A stretch of DNA of 61,775 nucleotides, filler included. It is 3 parts of 3 records of this genome, joined end to end, with 100 filler letters (N's around TTAATTAATTAA, not from the genome) between each part and the next. Parts side by side here need not be neighbours in the genome. Positions count along the whole stretch, not along the records: positions 1 to 30,558 come from SRR22947727_1650; 2 more parts are not named here. One strand, given 5' to 3'. The notes under the pieces are model-generated. The model made no database searches, was not told the origin of the DNA, and was given only the letters and a program-made list of their open reading frames with translations. This document shows, one piece after another, positions 10,601 to 18,462 of this stretch. How positions within the stretch are numbered: the stretch's first letter is position 1; every line of letters starts with the position of its first letter. The position numbers and the translations under genes were made by a program.

Positions 10601-11141
10601 GCTTTTCGTCCAATTCGAGATCACTCCGCAACAACTGATCCAAGCCCGATTCCGTAAAATAATCGATCGTCGAAGAATTCCCAAATGCAGATTTTTGGAA
10701 CGCTTCCCAGGTGATGAAATCCGGATTCAGCGAGACCGGATAGTTCGGCTTTTGATTGAGCTTCCGCTGGCTGTGATTGAAATGCAGCCCCATTCGATCA
10801 CGAAGGTAATCGAGCGACTTTTTTGGCTCCGTCCCGTATTTCAAAAGCGCTTCGCGATTGCGAATTTCCCAAACCTGCGCGGTTTCGCCGTATCGCTTGA
10901 TCCACGGCTCCAAATAATTCAAAACTTCGGCGTGTTTTCCCTGATTTTGAGCATGCAGCGCATGGAAATAGTAAAATTCCTGCGTTCCGGGAATCAGTTG
11001 CTTGAGCGCTTCGTCGCGATCTTCCGCGAGGGCGAAGGTTTCGATAAAACCAATTTCTTCAGCGGCCTCAGACACAGAGGGAGAGATAAAATGGGCGATT
11101 GCTCCGAGACAAGCAATCAACAGGTTGAGTTTCGTTTTCAT
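4680..11141 (-). CDS. Giant secreted hypothetical protein (2153 aa), possibly with macroglobulin-like beta-sandwich domains
   Basis: Uninterrupted ORF, Sec-type signal (MKTKLNLLIACLGAIAHFISPSVSEA), central Gly/Ala-rich segment; fold assignment is inference. Confidence 0.85.
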   Translation of the reverse strand: MKTKLNLLIACLGAIAHFISPSVSEAAEEIGFIETFALAEDRDEALKQLIPGTQEFYYFHALHAQNQGKHAEVLNYLEPWIKRYGETAQVWEIRNREALLKYGTEPKKSLDYLRDRMGLHFNHSQRKLNQKPNYPVSLNPDFITWEAFQKSAFGNSSTIDYFTESGLDQLLRSDLELDEKRRRALLARVKYPDYKRLVGFIAADLRTKESRGFGEFGIHNRLLPMQLDALLDLRPELINNSNFINANIRKLHPNADINWRQDDEARGEYLQRVWDYVQPLSAAFNSLKAHSLYQLLLHEQRQGKYSRELFITYLKLPRPVNYVEPRYLADAERRRNQVDMNANFQAVTMLPPIYQDEPLVRDFLKHFFVEDQTWEGYASLIRDTYLKPLFAETKLTNGIGDAAQWYSMLSPSAVQALKDRVDLEFALANETHFSQDAAVSLDIFVKNVDALVVKVYELNSLNYFLDQKRELNTDLKLDGLIANEEAEHDYDATSIRRTKRTFTFDSLKGQRGAWVIEFIGNGMSSRALVQKGRLQYLAKTTGAGTFVTVLDENNDLAKKPAVWFGGRKYTPSDKGIIALPFSNQPGNQQIVLTDGDFATLENLAIPSENYALEAGFYVDREALIPGNLADLVVRPSITVNGYPVPVSILEEVKLTIRSTDLDGIESVEEVPGFELKNDVESIHKFRVPSRVINLNFILEAKVTAMSGSGSKDTLVATDSVLLNTIDQRELVSDLHLSRIGGNYILEVLGKTGEAIAERAVNVVVNHEDFTRDKNFNLKTDENGRINLGVLDGIVSIHAQGNWLETRDWALAEDGHTLPTSVHGIFGQPIQIPGTLTAAQMERADFAIFEARSGTLVSDDFAKAKLADGLISIEGLTPGDYELVLRNPEHTITVRVTDSKKAESGYALSKHRHLEIKNGSPLQIASISEVGENITIQTKNGSPSTRVHITASRFLPEYSVFENLDVAGLPEPFEIDRGTAETRYLSGRDIGEEYRYILERRAAKKFPGNMLTRPGLLLNPWSLRDTETTIDVAKAGQEYKKSAESEPSSRAAKMSKRRSESADAYEQGTTTSNFDFLASASPVILNVAPDANGVITIKRSDLGDRQHVHVIAIDSQNVAFRQVSLDEGKGTFFRDLRLKGSLELDKHFSQRRKVTQLGAGESLTIPDLRSSEFEIYDTVDSIYAAMMGVNGDETFAEFGFVLQWPDLPVERKRELYSKYSSHELNFFLSQRDPEFFEQVIQPYLAYKRDKTFMDHYLIGSDLAGYVEPWKFNRLNIPERILLARKLGGDEPGSTARHIQEIFELQPVNAEQEQFLFRSALRGRGMSGGIAGGGFGGGGASLGAAMDPFADPAPAKEMADSFSSGGARVMRQLSEKAKNAPGASRMSGRASMALPAAAAAPKMAADKADGLVAVTGGLKMELGVERDFEEQELMEADVDSFGVAGDDLMAVRESLSRRKLFRKLESTMEWAENNYYHLPIAEQLADLISTNGFWRDFANWDGQGGFYSREFPAATRNFSEMMFALSVLDVPFKAGEHETKIDDNSLTFSAKSPVVVFHEEIEETPEAEEKPPLLVSENFFRNDDRYINIAGERTDKFVTDEFLTGVLYGSQVVVTNPTSSTQKLDLLLQVPQGALPVQSSDYTKTQHVRLAPFSTQKVETHFYFPSNSGEGTFTHYPVHLAKSEETVAWGDAFDFKVVDQLSKIDEASWDYLSQFATDREVLDYLGKNNVQNLDLGLIAWRCKKDVDFFRAVTALLDNLHRYDETLWSYGIFHNETPVARQYLLHREDFLRQCGQWIETELVSIAPIERHWYQHLEYSPLVNARTHRLGQDQKILNGPFRQQYQQHMKVLSYKPTFDQDDVLAVGNYLLLQDRIEEGLGWLDKVNPQDVETKIQLDYLDAYASLYREEPQIAAQLAKKYEDYPVDRWQQRFAQIGAQVKEIQGEAANMTDNENRDQQQDQIAATEPGFELDSEGQTVTVNYRNLEDVVVNYYEMDLEFLFSSKPFVSGDSGQFSYIRPNQSAVKKLPKDKSSLAFTVPKEYASKNVLVEIVAAGDRKSTAVFANSLNVDLTENYGRIQVRGKENGQPMSKVYVKVYSRFDDGTVKFFKDGYTDLRGKFDYISLNTNELDRVEKFSLLIMSEKDGALVREATPPQR

Positions 11142-11250
11142 AAGCTGGCTGGTAAGTGGGGTTCTTCGCTGTTTTTTTTATTATAACGGATGGAATGCGG
11201 AAAACGGTAGTACGAAGTTGTAAAGAATCTGTAAGAAAGCGGACGCATTT

Positions 11251-11297
11251 TTCGATCCAATAGGGTTGGTTCATTGTACAGACCTTGTTGGTTCGTG
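11251..11297 (+). repeat. 47-bp palindromic intergenic element, copy 2
   Basis: TTCGATCCAATAGGGT-TG-GTTCATTGTAC-AG-ACCTTGTTGGTTCGTG. Confidence 0.85.
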
Positions 11298-11503
11298 AGA
11301 TTCTCCTCACCTAGTGCCACCCGTAAGCTCTCGGTAACGTCGCGCCCTTTTTTTAGAGTCGCTTACAATTATTGATTCATGCTGCATAACACCTGCAGAT
11401 TCCCCCAACATGATGAAGGGACGATATTTTGGATCTCGTCGCGTATTCTGTTGTCGGAAGTGATTCAAATCACGAGTTGTTTGAATAAAAAATTTTACCT
11501 GCG

Positions 11504-12775
11504 ATGCCATCAACCCTATTCCAACAAAGCCGGCGGCACTTTCTCCGAGGTGCTTCCGCAACGATTGCACTTCCGGTGCTTGAGACGTTTTCCGCTGATT
11601 CGACACCGGCGGACGGTCCGCGGAATTTTGTCGCAGTCGGGACATATCTCGGCTGGCATCAGAATGCGTTTTTTCCCAAGCAAACGGGCAAGGATTACGA
11701 GATTTCCCCGACGCTTTCCCCGCTTACGAGGTTCCGCGATGACTTCACTATCTTTTCCGGCCTTGATCATCGAGCACCAAACGGACATCAATCCTGGAGT
11801 AATTTTCTCTGTGGCCAAGCGCCCCGCGCTTGGTCGCTGGATCAGATGATTGCCGATGAGCTGGGAGAAAAATCGCGGTTTTCATCGCTACAACTCACCG
11901 CAGGATCCGGAGAGAGTGGGATTGGCAGTAAAGCGATCAGCTTCACGCGTCAGGGGATTCCTCTGCCGATGATTCAGCGCCCCAGCGTGCTCTACAAAAA
12001 GCTTTTCATGTCGACTGCCGATCGAGCGAGAGCGGAATATGTCATTGGAAGCGGGCGGAGCGCTTTGGACGATCTGCTGGAAGATGCGAAGCGGTTGCAG
12101 AAGTCGTTGCCGCATTCTGACAGTGAGAAATTGGAGGAGTATTTTGATTCTGTCCGGGCAGTGGAAAAGCGGATGGGGCGGCAATTGGAAGCGATCAATG
12201 ACCCAGTTCCGCAGCCCGATTATAAATTGCCGAGCTACGATCCGGTGACGCCGAATCTGCAAATCGAGGCGGAAACGATTCTTTACGATCTTATGGTGCT
12301 GGCCTTGCAGACTGATTCGACCCGAGTGATTTCGTTGTTTCTCGATGGACTTGGGCAGGTGTTTTCTTTCGATGGAAATGCACTTGGGTCGGGTTACCAC
12401 GGCTTGTCTCACCACGGGAATGACCCGGCGATGATTCGGGAATTGGTTTCTATTGAGACAGCGCACATGCATTGCTTTGCTGGATTTATGAAGCAACTGA
12501 AGGAGAAGAAAAATGCGCAAGGAAGGTCGCTTCTCGATGACACGATCATTATGCTAGGCACCGGGATGGGGGACGCGAGCCGACACAGCAGTCGTAATCT
12601 TCCGACGTTACTCGCCGGTGGCGGGTTTGCGCATCAAGGCCACATTGGGATCGATGAGAAGCAGTCCGATTCATTGCTTCTGGGTGATCTGTGTATCACG
12701 ATGATGCAGAAATTGGGGATGGAAGTGGATCAATTCTCCAATGCGCAGCGCAACATGAATCAACTGCTTTCCTGA
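11504..12775 (+). CDS. DUF1552 family protein
   Basis: SRRHFLRG..ATIALP.LE N-terminus, SLDQMIA, ALQTDSTRV, YHGLSHHG, SLLDDT, H...NLP.LLAGG. Confidence 0.9.
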   Translation: MPSTLFQQSRRHFLRGASATIALPVLETFSADSTPADGPRNFVAVGTYLGWHQNAFFPKQTGKDYEISPTLSPLTRFRDDFTIFSGLDHRAPNGHQSWSNFLCGQAPRAWSLDQMIADELGEKSRFSSLQLTAGSGESGIGSKAISFTRQGIPLPMIQRPSVLYKKLFMSTADRARAEYVIGSGRSALDDLLEDAKRLQKSLPHSDSEKLEEYFDSVRAVEKRMGRQLEAINDPVPQPDYKLPSYDPVTPNLQIEAETILYDLMVLALQTDSTRVISLFLDGLGQVFSFDGNALGSGYHGLSHHGNDPAMIRELVSIETAHMHCFAGFMKQLKEKKNAQGRSLLDDTIIMLGTGMGDASRHSSRNLPTLLAGGGFAHQGHIGIDEKQSDSLLLGDLCITMMQKLGMEVDQFSNAQRNMNQLLS

Positions 12776-12778
12776 TCG

Positions 12779-15358
12779 ATGCAGATGCGATTCACCGCTT
12801 GTTGGCTATTCGGCCTGTTCGTTTTCGGCAGCGCCCGCGCCGAGATCCCGCCTCAGCCTGCCGCCATTCTCAATAAATACTGTCTCGATTGCCACGACTC
12901 CGATTCCGAGAAAGGGGACGTCAATCTAGACGCTCTTGCGATTGATTGGACCATGGAGAAAGCTCGCGAACTCTGGGAGCACGTTCTCGATGCGAGCGAG
13001 GATGGGCTGATGCCACCGCCGGATAAACCGCAGCCCACCGCAGAAGAGCGCCAAGTTCTCTACGATTGGCTCGACGCAAAGCTCCTTGAGCACACGCCGA
13101 TTGGCGGAACGTTGCCGCGTCGGCTCAACCAGCCCGAATACGAACAAACGATTCGGAAACTCCTTGGGTTAGCGGATTTTAAACTTCCGATTGGATTTCC
13201 GAAGGACACCGAGTTCCACGGTTTCGACAATATCGGCGAGGGGCTGCTGCTTTCTCCGCCGCTGATGGAAGCCTATGCAACTGTGGCCTGGGAAATTGCG
13301 GATGAGATTTATCCGCCCAAAAAACCAGCTCCAAAATCGACGACGCGGACTGCAATGCCGGAGGATATGGTGATCAGTTTTTCGGCATCGAGCGTCCGGG
13401 GAGATGCCCTGCGATTGGCGTCGCGTCATCCAAATATCATGCGGAGTTGCACGTGGCCGAGTCGAATCGAGGTCAAACGTTCGGGAGTGTATCGGATCAC
13501 GATCAACGGTTCGACCTTCAAGCCGGTTTCTGATGAACCGATGATTTTGGAACTGACGGCGCGAGACGTGACGGCGAGTGATCGGTCTAACATTGATGTA
13601 TTTCGAGTGATCAAAGAAATTCCGTTCAGCACCGAATCGCCAAAAGCGGTGACTTTTGAAGCCGAACTTTATGAGGGCCAAACAGTGATGATGCGTTGGA
13701 CAAATGCGGAGCTCACGCATGACGGCAAGGAGTTGGAAAAGCTGATGCGGGTGAAGTTGGCAGAAAATCCGCGCTATCTCGCTGCCTGGCAAAAAGCGGT
13801 GTTTCCTCATGGAAAACCGAAGGGGCCGCGAGTGACTGTTCTCCGGGGAGCGAACGGCTGGCGGATCGTGAAAAAGCACATGGCGGACCCGAACCTGGAT
13901 ATGAGCCAGGCGACGATGGACTCGGAGATGACCAAAGCTCTTTTGGTTGCGTTTCGAAACGGGAAGACAAACATCGCCGATGCACTGTGTCACAACTATT
14001 TTGAGAATGGCCCGTCGCTGGAGTTGCACGCGGTGACGATCGAAGGCCCGCTGAAGATTGTTGATGGGCCCAAAGATCTGCGCCGGGCTTCTTTGCAGGA
14101 AAAGATCGCCGGCTCGAAACAGGGCGACCTCTGCGATGAAGCGTTTGCCCGTGAGGCACTCACTAATTTTCTCCCACGTGCTTTTCGCAAGCAGGTCGAT
14201 TCAGAAACGGTTGAGCGCTATCTCGCCATCGCAAAGGAACACTGGGCGGCGGGTCACAGCTTTGATGAAGGGATGCATTTGCTCCTGCGCAACATTTTGA
14301 TTTCACCTCGTTTTCTCTACCGTGCGCTGGGAACGGGGAAAATGGATGACCACGATTTGGGGACGCGGCTTTCGTATTTTCTCACGCAGAGGCCCTCCGA
14401 CGCCACGCTCATTGATTTGGGAAATCGCAAGCGGCTCTCGCCGGCTTGGGTTTTGAAACGTGAATCCGAGCGGCTGATGCCAACCCGACCGACCGATGCC
14501 TTTGTCCAAAGTTTCACAGGGCAATGGCTCGACACCGCGTTGCTTCCAGAAATCATGCCGGATACGAAATTCAATTTCACACCGTTCTACATCGATCACG
14601 CGCAGAAAGAGGTGAGCTATTTCTTTGCTGAAATGCTGAGCAAAAATCGTCCAATGACGGATTTCATCGATCCGGATTTCACTTGGACGTCGCCGCTGTT
14701 TGCCAAAAATGTCTACAAGCTCAACATCAAACACAAGAAGGGCAAAGACCGAAATTTTGGCCGAGTTGAACTGGAGCGAGGCGGTCGAGTGGGAGGTTTG
14801 TTAGGGCAATCAGCGATCATGATAGCCACCGCCAACGGCGTCGATACCCAACCCGTGCTGCGCGGTGTGTGGATGTTAGAAAATATTCTCGGAATGCCAC
14901 CGCCAGAACCGCCGAAAGATGTTCCGGTGCTGACTCCCGATACGCAGGGCGCGACCACTCCCAGAGAGCTGCTGGCCGCCCACACCAAAGATGCAGCTTG
15001 TGCCACTTGTCACGAGAGCATCGATCCCCTCGGTTTTGTCCTCGAGAACTACGATCCCGTGGGCCGCTGGCGGGAACGTTGGCCCAAGAGCAACGCGAAG
15101 ATCGATCCAACCGGTGTTCTGCCTGACGGCACACCCATCGCTGATGTGGTTGATCTGAAAAAATGGATGGTGGAAAACATCGATTTATTTTCGCAATGTT
15201 TAGCCGAAAAACTCATGACCTACGCAACCGGACGCGTTCCGAATTACGCGGAGAGAAGCGAGATCAAATCCATCGTGAAGAAGAATCACGAGAATGGCAA
15301 TGGGTTCCAGGATCTGGTGTTGGCCTTGATCGAAAGCGAAACGTTTCGAACGTATTGA
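12779..15358 (+). CDS. Planctomycete-type cytochrome c with DUF1587/1595/1592/1588/1585 domains
   Basis: CLDCH...MPP N-terminus, RRLNQPEY, GFDN, SPRFLY, RLSYFL, FTGQWL, PVLRGVW.LENILG, CATCH..IDPLGF.LENYD, LMTYATGR. Confidence 0.9.
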   Translation: MQMRFTACWLFGLFVFGSARAEIPPQPAAILNKYCLDCHDSDSEKGDVNLDALAIDWTMEKARELWEHVLDASEDGLMPPPDKPQPTAEERQVLYDWLDAKLLEHTPIGGTLPRRLNQPEYEQTIRKLLGLADFKLPIGFPKDTEFHGFDNIGEGLLLSPPLMEAYATVAWEIADEIYPPKKPAPKSTTRTAMPEDMVISFSASSVRGDALRLASRHPNIMRSCTWPSRIEVKRSGVYRITINGSTFKPVSDEPMILELTARDVTASDRSNIDVFRVIKEIPFSTESPKAVTFEAELYEGQTVMMRWTNAELTHDGKELEKLMRVKLAENPRYLAAWQKAVFPHGKPKGPRVTVLRGANGWRIVKKHMADPNLDMSQATMDSEMTKALLVAFRNGKTNIADALCHNYFENGPSLELHAVTIEGPLKIVDGPKDLRRASLQEKIAGSKQGDLCDEAFAREALTNFLPRAFRKQVDSETVERYLAIAKEHWAAGHSFDEGMHLLLRNILISPRFLYRALGTGKMDDHDLGTRLSYFLTQRPSDATLIDLGNRKRLSPAWVLKRESERLMPTRPTDAFVQSFTGQWLDTALLPEIMPDTKFNFTPFYIDHAQKEVSYFFAEMLSKNRPMTDFIDPDFTWTSPLFAKNVYKLNIKHKKGKDRNFGRVELERGGRVGGLLGQSAIMIATANGVDTQPVLRGVWMLENILGMPPPEPPKDVPVLTPDTQGATTPRELLAAHTKDAACATCHESIDPLGFVLENYDPVGRWRERWPKSNAKIDPTGVLPDGTPIADVVDLKKWMVENIDLFSQCLAEKLMTYATGRVPNYAERSEIKSIVKKNHENGNGFQDLVLALIESETFRTY

Positions 15359-15454
15359 GACTGGCGGTGAATCCGACCAAAACGCCACCACTTTCGCGGA
15401 ATAAGACCCGTTGCGTTCTGTGGCCGTGTCATCATGTTGTTCCAATTCGTGCCT

Positions 15455-16339
15455 ATGAAATCAATTCTCTTTTCCCTCCTGACGTTGTTTCTTTCCTGTG
15501 CCGCAGTGCACGCCCAGCGAGTTTCCGGTCCGGCTGGAAAAGTTTACACCTACAAAGAAGTCGACGGAGTGAAGCGGGAACTGGAAGTCTATTTTCCTGA
15601 AGGTCACGATTCTGCGACAAAGCCGGTTCCGGGCATCATTTTCTTTCATGGTGGCGGATGGGGCGGAGGATCTCGCGATGCTTTTAAATACCAGAGCGCT
15701 TACTTTGCGAGTCGTGGAATCGTTGCTGCGACGGTGACTTACCGGCTCGCGACAAAAGAAGCGAGCGCTGAAATAAAGGACAACACTTCCCGCAAACGTC
15801 TTTGTATTCCCGATGCTAAAAGTGCCATCCGCTGGTTCAAGCAACATGCCGATGAATTGGGTGTTGATCCTGCCCGTCTTATTGTTGGCGGCGGATCGGC
15901 GGGCGGCCACATCGGGTTGATCGCGACAAGCAATCCCGAATTGAATGATCCCAACGATCCGAAAAAGTTCGATACGTCCATCGCAGCGATGGTGCTTTTT
16001 AATCCTGCGCTGAGTATCGCAGATGCTGAGGACCCGGAGATCGATTTTATACAGCACCTCAAACCAGGGGCGGCCCCGGCGATTGCATTTTTTGGCAGCA
16101 AAGACAGATGGCTGAAAGGATGGAACCCGGCGTATGAGAAGTGGAAATCACTTGAAGGTGCGACGATTGAAGTGGAGATCGCGCAAGGCCAGGGGCACGC
16201 CTTTTTTAACAGGCAGCCCTGGGCGGACCTGACTCTGGTCGCGGCCGATAAGTTTTTGAAAGGGCTGGGATTTCTCAAAGGTGAACCCACGTTACCAATG
16301 CCCGCGAACGGGGAAAAATTGGTTCCGTTTGTAAAATAA
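15455..16339 (+). CDS. Secreted alpha/beta hydrolase (HSL-family esterase)
   Basis: Signal peptide, FHGGGW oxyanion motif, GGSAGG nucleophile elbow, GHAFFN catalytic His. Confidence 0.88.
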   Translation: MKSILFSLLTLFLSCAAVHAQRVSGPAGKVYTYKEVDGVKRELEVYFPEGHDSATKPVPGIIFFHGGGWGGGSRDAFKYQSAYFASRGIVAATVTYRLATKEASAEIKDNTSRKRLCIPDAKSAIRWFKQHADELGVDPARLIVGGGSAGGHIGLIATSNPELNDPNDPKKFDTSIAAMVLFNPALSIADAEDPEIDFIQHLKPGAAPAIAFFGSKDRWLKGWNPAYEKWKSLEGATIEVEIAQGQGHAFFNRQPWADLTLVAADKFLKGLGFLKGEPTLPMPANGEKLVPFVK

Positions 16340-16360
16340 TACTCAATCTGAAATATCGAA

Positions 16361-17887
16361 ATGGCCTCCAGAGTAATTGTACTATTTTTGATCCTGTTCT
16401 CAGCGTCCCTTTCGGCGGCTGATCAAAAGCCAAATGTGATTGTGATCATGGCCGATGACCTTGGCTACGCGGACCTGAGTTTTCTAGCGCAGTCGCCCCC
16501 CGATGTCGCAACTCCGCACATCGACAGTCTCGCAAAGACGGGCACCTATTTCAGCAATGCCTATGCGACCGCTCCGATTTGCAGTCCATCCCGCTGTGGT
16601 ATGATTACCGGTCGCTACCAACACCGCTGGGGCAATTATTGGTATGGCCAGGGCGGCTTGCCTGACGAAGAAGTGACGTTGGCTCATGTCCTGAACGAGG
16701 CTGGATACTTCTGCACAAAGATTGGGAAGACCCACTTGAATGGAGGTCCTGCCGAGCACCCTCTTGAACATGGGTTTCACGAATTCCTTGGATTCCGGCA
16801 TCATACGTGGGACTACATTCGCCTCGATCAGAAAGACCTCGTTGCCTACAAGAAGCGGGCAAAAGAAAAATCGCTGGGGATTCTAAACGTGGGTCCCCTT
16901 GAGAAAAATAAGGGCGAGGTGGTCTCCTACGAAGACGGTTTTACCACCGACATTTTCACCAAAGAAGCGATCAAAACGATCAAGTCAGGAAGCGAGAGTG
17001 ATCAGCCGTTTTATATTCAGTTGGAGCATAACGCCGTGCATATGCCCACTTACGTCGCGGACCCTGACTACGCCCGAAAAGCCGGGTATGAACAGCCGGT
17101 CTGGGATCGGGAAGCGGAAAAGTGGGAGTTTCCTTTTTGGGATCCCAACGAGATTTCGTGGGCTGATTGGCACAAAAAATGGGGGCACATGGGCGAGGTC
17201 GATTCGCTCGGTCGGAAGCGTTACCTCGCCAATCTGATGGCGCTTGACGACAGCGTTGGGCAAATCATGAAGGTGCTGGAAGAAACCGGTCAGAGAAAAA
17301 ACACCATCGTTGTTTTCCTTTCTGACAATGGCGGCACGATCAACACCTACGCCAACAATGTTCCGCTCAGAGGTTACAAATACATGTTTGGCGAAGGGGG
17401 TGTCCGAATTCCGATGATCGTTTCCTTTCCGGGCATTCTCGCCGGAGATCAAAGCCGTGACCACCTCACCTCCGGCATGGATGTTTATCCGACAATCACA
17501 GAACTCGCGGGTATCAAATCTCCCGAGAATCTCGATGGCAAAAGCCTTGTCAGTGTGATGAAAAACGAGGACAACGCTATCGGCCGTGATTTTCTGTGTT
17601 TCTCGGATGGGAAAAAGACGTGGAGCATTCGTCAGGGTGACTGGAAACTCATTAGCTCACCCGGTTGGACTCATGCTAGTTATCGTCTCGATCAGGACAA
17701 TCTGGCTCATCCCGCCGACCCGGCTGAATATCCGAAAGGAACGGTCCTGTTTAACTTAAAAGACGATATCGGCGAAACCAAAGACCAGTCTGCTGAGAAT
17801 CCGGAACGAGTCAAAAAAATGACTGAGCTCTACCAGCAGTGGAGAGCTGAAATGGGGGACCCAGTCAGAGGGAAAAAAAAGAAGTAG
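16361..17887 (+). CDS. Secreted S1 (formylglycine-dependent) sulfatase
   Basis: KPNVIVIMADDLG, CSPSR signature, IGKTHL, FLSDNGG, EGGVRIP, LFNLKDDIGE. Confidence 0.93.
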   Translation: MASRVIVLFLILFSASLSAADQKPNVIVIMADDLGYADLSFLAQSPPDVATPHIDSLAKTGTYFSNAYATAPICSPSRCGMITGRYQHRWGNYWYGQGGLPDEEVTLAHVLNEAGYFCTKIGKTHLNGGPAEHPLEHGFHEFLGFRHHTWDYIRLDQKDLVAYKKRAKEKSLGILNVGPLEKNKGEVVSYEDGFTTDIFTKEAIKTIKSGSESDQPFYIQLEHNAVHMPTYVADPDYARKAGYEQPVWDREAEKWEFPFWDPNEISWADWHKKWGHMGEVDSLGRKRYLANLMALDDSVGQIMKVLEETGQRKNTIVVFLSDNGGTINTYANNVPLRGYKYMFGEGGVRIPMIVSFPGILAGDQSRDHLTSGMDVYPTITELAGIKSPENLDGKSLVSVMKNEDNAIGRDFLCFSDGKKTWSIRQGDWKLISSPGWTHASYRLDQDNLAHPADPAEYPKGTVLFNLKDDIGETKDQSAENPERVKKMTELYQQWRAEMGDPVRGKKKK

Positions 17888-17988
17888 ATTTTTCTGCCGT
17901 TCACGAATTCCCGAACGGGGATTGGAGATAGGAAGCTTAGTAAGCTCAATGTTGCAGTGCACGTCTCTTTACGGCATACTCACAAGCG

Positions 17989-18405
17989 ATGTCACGAAAC
18001 GTTAGACTCACCCGAATCATCCGAGAAACCGGAGAGGTTGCCTTCGAACTGGGAAATCTGCAGTTTGCTGAATTTCACCCGACGGATGGCTGGCGGCCGG
18101 ATATCAATGCGTATCGCTATGATGATCGGATTGAGCTATGGGTTGACCTGGCGGGTGTTAAAAAAGATGCAATTGCGGTCGATGTCTTGCCGGATCGAGT
18201 GCGGATTTCGGGAGAACGACGTTCCCCGGCTCCGACTCGAGATGCTTCCAGTCAGTGCCGTCAGGTAATTGCGATGGAGATCGAGAATGGTCGGTTTGCG
18301 CGGGAGATCGTGTTGCCGCTCGAAGTCGATCGCGATGGGGTTTCGGCCAAGCAGGAAAACGGCCTGCTTTGGATCATTTTGCCGACCATTTCCCCCGAAA
18401 AGTGA
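17989..18405 (+). CDS. Hsp20/alpha-crystallin small heat-shock protein
   Basis: WRPDINAY, VDLAGV, ISGER, EIENGRFAR, A..ENGLL.I.LP. Confidence 0.9.
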   Translation: MSRNVRLTRIIRETGEVAFELGNLQFAEFHPTDGWRPDINAYRYDDRIELWVDLAGVKKDAIAVDVLPDRVRISGERRSPAPTRDASSQCRQVIAMEIENGRFAREIVLPLEVDRDGVSAKQENGLLWIILPTISPEK

Positions 18406-18462
18406 CGGCTACTTTTCTTTTTTCTTAATTTTTTCTAATCCGCTACCGGATTTCTATTTCTT

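Noticed and set aside
11112-11133. CAATCAACAGGTTGAGTT resembling the repeat's left arm
   Set aside because: Lies in the signal-peptide codons of the giant gene, needs a gap to align and has no right arm
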